NCBI RefSeq assembly: GCF_006345805.1
Contig: NW_021833797.1
Span: 1-54,073, forward strand
Reading direction: 5' to 3'
From: Octopus sinensis
Taxonomy: Eukaryota
DNA: 54,073 nt
Of this stretch, positions 1 to 10,419 are shown piece by piece. The first letter of the stretch is position 1; each line of letters starts with the position of its first letter. Below the pieces are notes generated by a model that made no database searches, was not told where the DNA came from, and was given only the letters and a program-made list of their open reading frames with translations. The position numbers were made by a program, and so were the translations under genes.

Positions 1-2
1 AC

Positions 3-48
<46 letters not shown>

Positions 49-1567
49 ATATATACATACATACATATTGTTTATCTTTAAACATTTCGAAATGGTGTTG
101 CGAATACCTTTTTTTAATGCCAAATTAAGACACATATTTCCCCCCAAAATGTCTCAAAAATATCATCCGGGGTCCTGTATGCAAATTTGAGCCTATATTA
201 CATACTGTAAGGCACTGAAAATCTTTTTACCCGAATATGCGCTGCTGAAAATGATGTGCATCTAAGATGCCCGTACGTCTCTTTTGCCGTCAAATTATGC
301 CATCGAATACTGTGTTGTCATGAGAGGGTATGGGTTTTTAATAAATTAATTCAATTCAATTTACTTGAATATAATTTTGGTAATTAAACACAAATGCGAA
401 GGAAAACAACAATATATATATATATATGATATGTTTCACTCATTATACTGCACTTTTACATCATAGGAAGAAACCTCGTTCTCAATTGGAAAAGCGGAAA
501 AATTGTATACAACGAAGGCAAGCCTTCTTTGGTGGCATTAAAATGACCAGTTCAGAGTAGTGCAAATGGACGAACAGACAGAGCAATAGACAGAAACAAC
601 TCTCTTAGTAAAAAAGAAAAAAAAAACAAAAAGAAGAAAAATCTATGGAAGGTACGTCTAAGAGTCAAGGGATTAAATGAAAACTGACAGTGAAGGAAAT
701 GCGTGGAAAAGGTCAATCGTTTGTTTGCTGTGTCAGCAAGTCAGTGTGGCTCGGCGTTTGCAATGCCAGTTAGACGAGTTCGTTCATTATTGATTAACTG
801 ATTAATTCACTTCGCTATTATTTCTATTTATTCCTGACCAAAACTAAATGAAAGATGGCTGACATCAAAGGCGATGTTACCTTATTACCATAATTGTTAT
901 AGTTGTTGTTGTTGTCGTTGTTCTTGCTGCTGCTGTTGTTGTTGTTGTTGTTGTTGTTGTTGTCGTCGTTGTTGTAGTTGCTGTTATCGTTGTTTACTCC
1001 CGTGTCAGATCTGATCGAGTAAAAAGACCGATGATCAAAGACGTTCTTGCCGTGAACATCCAGTCTCTATAAACATCATGGATTACATTGTTGAAAGCCT
1101 TCTTTTATTTAAGACAATATGATGTGATTGGAGAATGATTTGTTAGCTATTTCTAGCAAATCGAGCAACCACGTAAAGGCTACAGTATTCACTCATTTTT
1201 GAAGGTAATGGATTGGCAGAATCGTTTGAGCATCTGACAATTGCTTTGCGGAGTTTGTTCCGACTCTTTGCATTTTGAGTTCGGGTCATCATCCTTTCGG
1301 GGTCGATGAATTTAAATACCAGACATATAGTGGGGGACTAATAATTGATTGTTACCCACTCGTTGACTCACAGTATTGTTATAAGAGAGTCATAATTAAA
1401 TATCGTTGGAAGAAATAGTAGAGCACCGGGACTTAGTTATGCTACTTTACGTTCTGAGTTCAAATTCAACAAGAAGCAACTTTATCACTAATCCTTGAAG
1501 TACCACGTCCAGAGGTCGGTTGAGGGAGGTAAGCATCTTCCTTTAAAAATTTGTGGCCACGAGGCCA

Positions 1568-1634
<67 letters not shown>

Positions 1635-1690
1635 TAGTATATTTTTTATATCGTGATTTCACTTCACTACCGAGCGCAGCTCTGTGTGCC

Positions 1691-1740
<50 letters not shown>

Positions 1741-2171
1741 TTTATTCCTTCTTCAAATTTGCTTCCATTTCTCGCCGAGTGTTTTCTGTACACCCAGGGC
1801 AGAGAAGCTCATTGTATGCATTCCCAGATTACACACGCAAATTTGCAGGTAAAATATGTATTGAAAAATTAATAAATAAATAAATTCATGAATGGATGTT
1901 GTTTTCACAGCGATAATACTCTTCTCAGTATATGAACCGTTCCAGTTAATACGATTTTTTGCACTTCTTGTAGGGATGGTAAGCCTGGTATCATTTTCAA
2001 ATAGGTTTCAGTACCTTTTTTTAGCATTCCTAGAGATCCTACAACCACTGGTACTGTAGTCGCCTTGAGATGCCACATTTTTTCAATTTCTATTAGCAAG
2101 TCTTTATATTTACTGATCTTGTCAAATTCTTTTGCCGCTACATTGTGATCGCATTATTATTATTATTATTA

Positions 2172-2212
<41 letters not shown>

Positions 2213-2337
2213 CATCATTATTATTATCATCATTATTATTATCATCATTATTATTATTATCATTATTATTATCATCATTATTATTATCATCATTATTATT
2301 ATTATCATTATTATTATCATCATTATTATTATCATCA

Positions 2338-2377
<40 letters not shown>
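1568..2377. repeat. (TTA)n/(TCA)n microsatellite tracts (1568-1630, 1690-1742, 2153-2377)
   Basis: Direct reading; source of the poly-Y/I/L/N ORFs. Confidence 0.97.
1885..2152 (-). mobile_element. 5'-truncated R4/Dong-clade LINE 3' end (RLE domain C-terminus)
   Basis: DHNVAAKEFDKISKYKDLLIEIEKMWHLKATTVPVVVGSLG...QKIVLTGTVHILRRVL, abutting a (TAA)n tract. Confidence 0.75.
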
Positions 2378-2378
<1 letters not shown>

Positions 2379-2380
2379 AC

Positions 2381-2600
2381 GAAGGCGGCGATCTGGCAGA
2401 ATCTTTAACATGCCGGGCAAAATGCTTAGCGGTTTTTCGTCTTTCACTATGTTCTGAGTTTAAATTCCGCCGAGGTCGACTTTCCCTTTCATCCTTTCGG
2501 GATCGATAAAGTAAGTACGAGTTGAGTACTGAATCGATGTGATCGACTGTCCCCCTACCCACAAAATCCAGGCCTTGTGCCTATAGTGGAAAGGATTATT
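2381..2600 (+). mobile_element. SINE family B (tail type ii)
   Basis: GGCGGCG..TGGCAGAA head, GAGTT(C/T)AAATTCC B-box, tcatcctttcggg.tcgataaa core, tail ccttgtgcctatagt.gaaagg(att)n. Confidence 0.85.
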
Positions 2601-2654
2601 ATTATTATTAAAATAGTCTTTCTCTTGTTTTATTTCAGATGCGTCATTATTCGG

Positions 2655-2881
2655 TATATCTATTTCTTTACTACCCACAAGGGGTTAAACATAGAGGGGA
2701 CAAACAAGGACAGACAAACGGATTAAGTCCATTATATCGACCCCAGTGCGAAACTGGTACTTAATTTATCGACCCGAAAGGATGACAGGAAAAGTCGACC
2801 TCGGCGGAATTTGAACTCGGAACGTAACGACAGACGAAATACGGCTACGCATTTCGCCCGGCGTGCTAACGTTTCTGCCAG
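2655..2881 (-). mobile_element. SINE family B (tail type i)
   Basis: Same head and core; tail tttagccccttgtgggtagtaaagaaatag. Confidence 0.85.
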
Positions 2882-2995
2882 ATTCGGTATATCGCTGTTC
2901 CCTAAACGAGTGCATAAGGTCTTTGCCTTACATGCCCACATACATACATACCCACATACATACATACATACATACATACATACATACATACATAC

Positions 2996-3084
<89 letters not shown>

Positions 3085-3668
3085 GATAGATAGATATATA
3101 TTGTTTGTACCTTGTCTACTCTCATATCCCATATCTCGCTTATTTTCTTTTCCAGGTCCTTGTACTTTTGTAACCATTCAAATTTGCACCGGGAAATGAT
3201 TTCTGCTCAGAAACGATCAAGATATTTATAAGAGGCTTGGCCCCCGTGCCATCCGTCAACTACAGAAATCATTTTCGTGTCGTATCACAATACTACAACA
3301 GAACTATTTCACCTCAACATCGTGTCAGCCCACATAAAGGATAAGAGTGATTTCACGGCATTCAAACGGTGTGAATGTTCGTATGTGTGAACCAACGTTC
3401 TTTCAGTAACAAACGATGATCGATGTCACATCTCAAAAGACAACCATTAGATAACATTGACAAGTATATTAATTTGATTTACTATCCATATTAGTATATA
3501 AAATGCAACAATTAGCTGTTATTTTTGACGGCACGGGGCCAGCTAGTATAATATGAATTACAATAATAAAATATAGAGATTAAAACATATATAGACGAAC
3601 ATACACACGGGCACGCGTGTAGTCAAGTGAATGACATTCGCTTGGCGACCGCGTCTATATATATGGAA

Positions 3669-4052
3669 TGGAAGCACTCCGTCGGTTACGACGATGAGGG
3701 TTCCGGTTGATCCGATCAACGGAACAGCCTGCTCGTGAAATTAACGTGTAAGTGGCTGAGCACTCCACAGACACGTGTACCCTTAACGTAGTTCTCGGGG
3801 ATATTCAGCGTGACACAGAGAGTGACAAGGCCGGCCCCTTGAAATACAGGTACAACAGAAACAGGAAGTAAGAGTGAGAGAAAGTTGTGGTGAAAGAGTA
3901 CAGCAGGGATCAGCACCATCCCCTGCCGGAGCTCGGGAGCTTTAGGTGTTTTCGCTCAATAAACACTCACAACGCCCGTGTCTCGGAATCGAAACCGCGA
4001 TTCCTACGACCGCGAGTCCGCTGCCCTAACCACTGGGCCATTGCGCCTCCAC
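3669..4052 (-). mobile_element. SINE family C
   Basis: tRNA-like head gtggaggcgcaatggcccagtggttagggcagcggac..ggtttcgattcc; nearly identical to 14217-14570. Confidence 0.85.
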
Positions 4053-4200
4053 GTCTATATATATATATATGTTCATGTCAACGAGTGTATACGCATCCTT
4101 CTTAATTTTGACTATCTTTGGTTTTATTCTCTATCCTTTATGATTGTAATTTATGTTATTATATATTCACTATCGACTATAAAAAAATAAAAAAAAAACG

Positions 4201-4436
4201 TCCGCCCTTTTAAAACCTACCCAGGATCATGGGCCCGGTTTCCTGGTTTCAATGGCGTACGTGTTCCCCAGCTGGACGGGACGTCAGTTACTCATTTTTG
4301 CCAGCTGAGTGAACTGGAGCAATGTGAAACGAAATATTTTGCTCAAGAACACAACGCGTTGCCCGGTCCAGGAATCGAAACCACAATCTTACGATCATGA
4401 TGCTGACACCCAAACCACTAAGCCACGCGCCTCCAC
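4201..4436 (-). mobile_element. SINE (C/D-related)
   Basis: tRNA-like head and ttgagcaaaa..ctccagttcactcagctgg core; similar to 8298-8540. Confidence 0.75.
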
Positions 4437-5029
4437 ACTGTCAACTAAAGCTAATCCTATTTGCTGTTTACAACCCCAAAATCACTTTATTTTCCATCAG
4501 CGTACCCACATACAACGAGCAAGAACGACATGCCAAGGAGAACTCAGTAAACCTAGTAGGATATCCATTTCACCACAAGCACCTGATGTGACACAGCCTG
4601 CAACACAACAAGATGCATAATATCCTACCCCTAAGGAACAACTGCAGGATTATTCGAAACGATTGTCGTACTGAATAAAATTCGTGCTAAATTCATCTTC
4701 CGTTTCCTTTATCAATTATATACATATATATTATATACATATATATAAGATATATATATAAGAGATGGTGTTGTGGATTTCCACTTCCAGCTGAAACTCG
4801 AGTTTTATCTTGACTACCGAGTAATGTAACATATGGTATAGATTAAATTTCCTCTATTAACATATATTGGGTGTCCTCTTCTTCTTTCTTTTTGTTATCT
4901 TACCGTTTTATCAATATATATATATATAATATATATATACAATAAAGGGTAAAATTTTAATTAATTGACTAATAATTAATAATTTTACTAAATAGTTCGG
5001 TATGTTAAAAGAACCATTATCGGTAAACT

Positions 5030-5187
5030 TATACAAAAATTCTATAATTATGAGCATAATTATAATAGAGGTTCAGCAAAATTTGCTTCACCACATACCG
5101 ACATTTAGAAATAGCAGTTAAAATACTATTTTACCACCGTAAGATACTACCTTAAGATTATGCTCATAATTATAGAATTTTTGTATA
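5030..5187. repeat. Perfect 31-bp inverted repeat, 96-bp spacer
   Basis: TATACAAAAATTCTATAATTATGAGCATAAT (5030-5060) and its exact complement (5157-5187). Confidence 0.9.
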
Positions 5188-5190
5188 TAT

Positions 5191-5590
5191 AGGCGCAGGA
5201 GTGGCTGTGTGGTAAGTAGCTTGTTTACCAACCACATGGTTCCGGGTTCAGTCCCACTGCGTGGTATCTTGGGCAAGTGTCTTCTACTATAGCCTCGGGC
5301 CGACCAAAGCCTTGTGAGTGGATTTGGTAGACAGAAACTGAAAGAAACCCGTCGTATATATGTATTTATATATATATTCGTGCGTGTGTTTGTGTGTCTG
5401 CGTTTGTCCCCCTAGCATTGCTTGACAACCGATGCTGGTGTGTTTATGTCCCCGATACTTAGCGGTTCGGCAAAACAGACCGATAGAATAAGTACTGGAC
5501 TTACAAAAGAATAAGTCCCGGGGTCGAGTTGCTCGATTAAAGGCGGTGCTCCAGCATGTTCGCAGTCAAATGACTGAAAAAAAGTAAAAA
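5191..5590 (+). mobile_element. SINE family A
   Basis: ggcgcaggagtggctgtgtggtaagtagc..gggttcagtcccactgc head, internal TA/GT microsatellite, tail gcagtcaaatgactgaaa. Confidence 0.88.
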
Positions 5591-5673
5591 AAGTTTAAAA
5601 AAAAGTATATATATCCGTGTGTGTGTGTATGTGTGTGTGTATGTGTGTGTGTGTCTGGTGTGTGTGTGTATGG

Positions 5674-5704
<31 letters not shown>

Positions 5705-5766
5705 GATCTAATCCTATCTAATCTATCTATCGATCTATCATCTCTTCTATATATGTATATATATAT

Positions 5767-5810
<44 letters not shown>

Positions 5811-5815
5811 ATATA

Positions 5816-5865
<50 letters not shown>

Positions 5866-6511
5866 CTTGTATATTCATACATTTTCATCCCATGAACATC
5901 GCGTATTATGAACTCAAACGTTTTTAAATGCACACAAGCATTTATTCTAGTTTGTGAGCATTTTCATGTTTTAATCATTTATTTTTATGTCTTTGAATAT
6001 TTATATTATTGTATCTTGTAGCATTTTTGTGTCTTTGAATTTTTGCATATTTATATCTTCTTCGTATTTGTTCGCTTATATCTTTGTATATTTGTAGTTT
6101 TGAACATTTGCATATACATTTAGCTATATATATATATATATATATTATATATTTACATGCACTGGTTTACGTCTACAAGCAGACTCACGTATCCGGGCGT
6201 CTCTGCATATATTTACCTACATTTGTATACAGCTGTATCCATCTCTATCAGATCAAGCAAGCGTAAGCGTATATACATGTCTGCATATAAAATTTCACCG
6301 GAAGTGTGTTTATGCATACGTCGGTATGTATAAAAGTTAGGGTGTGTGGGTAAATTGTTTAAATGTGACAGTATGCATGAATACGACGTACTTCTGTATA
6401 TGCAAAAATCCGTGCGCTGGAGCAGGCGTGGCTGTGTGATGAGAAGCTTGCTTCTGAAACATTTGGTTTCCGGTTCAGTCCCACTGTGTGATACCTTGAA
6501 CACGTGTCTTC

Positions 6512-6860
6512 TTTTTCTACTATAGGCACAAGGCCTGAAATTTTGGGGGAAGTAGTAAGTCGATTACATCGACCCCCTGTACTCAACTGGTACTTAATTT
6601 ATCGACTCCGAAATGATGGAAGGCAAAGACTACCACTGCGGAATTTGAACTCAAAATGTAGCGGCAGACGAAATACCTATTTCTTTACTACCCACAAGGG
6701 GCTAAACACAGAGAGGAGACAGACAAGGACAGACAAACAGATTAAGTCGATTATATCGACCCCAGTGCGTAACTGGTACTTATTTAATCGACCCCGAAAG
6801 GATGAAAGGCAAAGTCCACCTCGACGGAATTTGAACTCAGAACGTAGCGGCAGACGAAAT
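6512..6860 (-). mobile_element. SINE family B dimer (body i + body ii)
   Basis: Junction rc aaagaaataggtatttcgtctg at ~6665-6690. Confidence 0.85.
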
Positions 6861-7577
6861 GACAGGCAAATATACTACAGTATTCGACCGTAGGTAATAT
6901 CACAAGCTGTCAAGCGGTAGTAGAGGACAAACACAAAGACAACGCACAAATAAACACAGGTACACACATATGACGAAGGAAGAAAAGGAATGAAAAATCC
7001 AGGCGAATAATTTGTACGCTTTCCATAGGGATCAAATTTGGCTAGCTAAATTGTATGATTGGGGGAAAACTAAAATGCAACTAATACTTCGAGGAAACAT
7101 TGCATATCCTTACATCTAAATATAACATATTAAATAAAAGAGAATAAAGCAATGTTAAGACGAACTATTATATATTATATATATATATAGATATATATAT
7201 ATATATATACCACACTACATACATATTGAAACTCTTATGCTAGAAATAGATCCGCTATGGTCTTACCACTAAGAAATGTTCTCTAGAAAAATTTAGCAAA
7301 ACAACCAAAACGTAATCGAGCAAGACAAAAGAAAAAGCAATACAAATATGGATTATTCGCATACATTTCACTATTAACATTACGTAATTTTACTTACATA
7401 AATGTCCGTAGATCATCGGCGCGACCGTCTAGATGAATATAATTTGCAGGACTGTCTACTAGGACGTACGCACAAAGTCAGACTTGTAAACAGTCCTAAC
7501 CATTACACTCGTGGTTACTATTTCAAATGTCCTCGTTTTGGCGCGATAAATTACCAGAACCCCCCTCTCCCTCTCTT

Positions 7578-7611
<34 letters not shown>

Positions 7612-8297
7612 AGAATTTTAAAGACTTGCCTCAATAAATAAAGTATTGATTATTGTTCCTCGGTATAATATGTTGGGTCTGCCCTTCTCGATCCAGTATA
7701 TTAAGTATATTTAACTAAACATGTATTTACTATTTATATGATTATTTATCTTACTATTTTATTTAATTATTTTAGTTATCGTAATTTTATAATCATTTAT
7801 TATTATTGTTTTATTGTCATTATTATTGTTTTGATTTCTTTAAAATTCAGTAATTAGATTACAGAATGAATTTTTAATTCCTTTTAATTATTTTTAATTG
7901 CTTTAAAAATTATTTTTAGTTAACCTTTAATTTATTTTTAATGTTTTAAGTTTGAATTTATTTTGAATGTAATTTTTCTTTGCTTTATTTTGTTCCATCT
8001 TAATTTTTTAAATCTTAATTTATCTTAATCGCATTACAATTTAAAAAAATTTTATATTTTTTCTTTTAAGGAAAATGATTTTTTGAACTGGAATATATCC
8101 TTAGGAAATAATATGCCGATTATTTTCCTTTAGAATTCTCATTAACACTTGCTGTCTTCCTCTAGTCATAGTTTATATTTTGCTTGAACTTTGATCAAAT
8201 GACATTTCCATTGTGCCATAAATAATTATCGATTGAAGAACTTAGGTTCTACTTACATCATCTGCCTATTTAAATTGATCAGTAACAGTTTAAATAT

Positions 8298-8852
8298 GTG
8301 GAGGCGCGTGGCTTAGTGGTTAGTTGAACTCATGATCGTAAGGTTGTGGTTTCGATTCCTGGACCGGGCGATGCGTTGTGTTCTTGAGCAAAACATTTCA
8401 TTTCACGTTGCTCCAGTCCACTCAGCTGGCAAAAATGAGTAACGCTGCGATGGACTGGCGTCCCGTCCAGCTGGGGAACACATACGCCATTGAAACCGGG
8501 AAACCGTCCCTTATGAGCCTGGCATGGCTTGAGAAGGAACATTTTCTAGTAGTGGAGGTGCAATGGCCCAGTGGTTAGGGCAGCGGACTCGCGGTCGGAG
8601 GATCGCAGTTTCGATTCCCTGACCGGGCGTTATGTGTGTTAAATGAGCGAACACATCTAAAGTTCCACGAGGCTCCGACAGGGGTGGTGGCAACCCCTGT
8701 TGTACTCTTTCGCCCCAACTTTCCCTTCCTCTTTCTTCCAGTTTCTTGAGTAACGCTGCGATGGACTGGTGTCCCGTCTAGCTGGGGGGAATACATGCGC
8801 CATAGAAACCGGGAATTCGGGTCCATGAGCCTGGCTAGGGTTGAAAAGGGCG
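8298..8852 (+). mobile_element. Two adjacent C-related SINEs (8298-8540, 8552-8852)
   Basis: Two gtggagg heads; shared gcgatggactgg.gtcccgtc.agctgggg tail domain. Confidence 0.8.
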
Positions 8853-9263
8853 CATAAATAAAATCAATAGTATAAATGGTATAGGAATTTTTCAAGTTGA
8901 CGAGTGGGATTGGAGAAGGTATCATATTACATCTCTTGTATGATTTGATAATTACTGCGGAAATACCTCCCCTCTCCCTTATACTGACCAAATATTGTTA
9001 GTTTTACGACTATCTTCATTGAAATGTTGTCTGTTGTCAACAATGTGGTATACCTTTGATAAGGATAGGATGATGTTAAATTTCTCTATTAGAATCTTAG
9101 TAGATCAAATATAAGATCAATAAAATTGTATAATAACTGCTTATATATATATATATTATATATATATCTATCTATATAATATATATAATATATATTATAT
9201 ATATATATATATAATATATATATCTATAAATAATATTAATATATATATGTATATATAACATGT

Positions 9264-9357
9264 ATGCGGCTGAAGAGAGCTTTAAACCATCTTTTATATC
9301 TATTATGCACTGATGTAAGAACACACCGTTTATAGAGTTTGAAACACGTGTACCGCG
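9264..9357 (+). ncRNA. Minimal type I hammerhead ribozyme motif (Penelope-like pLTR type)
   Basis: GCGG-CTGAAGA-[stem II GAGCTTTA/TAGAGTTT]-GAAA-C-ACGT-G-TA-CCGC. Full core, stem I GCGG/CCGC, palindromic stem III ACACGTGT, predicted GUA cleavage after 9352. Confidence 0.75.
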
Positions 9358-9676
9358 ATATCCTTTGTGTTCTGTTTTTGACTTTATTTGATATATTCTC
9401 TCTCACCTCTGTCACTATCTGGCGTATACAGGTGCTTACACTTATCAAGTATTCACCCTAAATTTGTAGTATATATATATATATATACAAAGAAGTAAAT
9501 ATATGGCACAACGAAGTACCGATATTTACTGGAAATAGCGAACGTAATAATACGACGCTAATGTATAGCTTCACCGCGTATGTACTAGCAAAAATGCGTG
9601 AGTGCAACAAACTAGAAAAAAAATTGTCTTACCTCCAGGGAGAACTTCTGAAAGATGAAATACCTAGAAAAGGATA

Positions 9677-9756
9677 ATGTGGGACCGGCGTCGGTTTCAG
9701 ATTTTTCAAGATATGCCTGCACACATATACTTGATCTATCTTCATCAGCCAAACAT
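9677..9756 (-). ncRNA. Canonical type I hammerhead ribozyme motif, minus-strand copy
   Basis: Reverse complement reads ATGTTTGG-CTGATGA-AGAT..TCAAG.ATATG..CATAT.CTTGA..ATCT-GAAA-CCG-ACGC-CGG-TC-CCACAT. All core nucleotides present; GUC site at 9685-9683. Confidence 0.85.
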
Positions 9757-10058
9757 AAACCACGACAACATTTCAGATGTTACCACATTAATGCCAATAC
9801 AGTCGACTGAAACGCCGAAACGCTAACAGAACGAGAACGGTGAAGAAGTTTCAATAAATTAGTAATGCAATACTAGAGTATTGCTTTCCAGTAAAGAATA
9901 GCCTGTGAGGGAAAAATATACAAAGAAGTAAATATATGGCACAACGAAGTACCGATATTTATTGGAAATAGCGAACGTAATAATACGACACTAATGTATA
10001 GCTTCACCGCGTATGTACTAGCAAAAATGTGGTAACATCTGAAATGTTGTCGTGGTAT

Positions 10059-10138
10059 ATGTTTGGCTGATGAAGATAGATCAAGTATTTGTGTGCAGGC
10101 ATATCTTGAAAAATCTGAAACCGACGCCGGTCCCACAT
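10059..10138 (+). ncRNA. Canonical type I hammerhead ribozyme motif, plus-strand copy
   Basis: CTGATGA 10067-10073, stem II AGAT/ATCT extended by TCAAG/CTTGA, GAAA 10117-10120, stem III CCG/CGG with ACGC loop, GTC 10130-10132, stem I (ATG-TT-TGG / CCACAT). Confidence 0.85.
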
Positions 10139-10419
10139 TATCCTTTTCTAGGTATTTCATCTTTCAGATGTTCTCCCTGGAGGTAAGACAATTTTTTTCA
10201 AGTTTGTTGCACATTTTTGCTAGTACATACGCGGTGAAGCTATACATTAGCGTCGTATTATTACGTTCGCTATTTCCAGTAAATATCGGTACTTCGTTGT
10301 GCCATATATTCATATGGCACAATATATGGAAAGCAATACTCTAGTATTGCATTACTAATTTATTATATATATCATTATTATTATTATTATCATTATTGTT
10401 ATTATTATTATCATTATTA

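Larger units (their letters stand above)
9483..10364. mobile_element. Nested direct/inverted fold-back element carrying two hammerheads (probable non-autonomous Penelope-like/retrozyme derivative)
   Basis: Blocks A(9483-9596) B(9603-9789) C D(9853-9890) E A(9916-10029) B'(10026-10211) A'(10212-10310) D'(10327-10364). Only a few mismatches between copies; flanked by TA-rich microsatellites. Confidence 0.65.

Noticed and set aside
1553-2447. Poly-Y/I/L/N/H ORFs here and at 22.3-23.8, 29.6-30.5, 43.6-45.4 and 49.7-52.0 kb
   Set aside because: Translations of tri- and dinucleotide microsatellites lacking stops; no coding signal.
5191-5270. tRNA genes at SINE heads
   Set aside because: A/B-box-like motifs continue into SINE bodies; no complete cloverleaf seen.
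7730-8150. Very T-rich low-complexity tract
   Set aside because: No periodicity or structure that I can distinguish from background.
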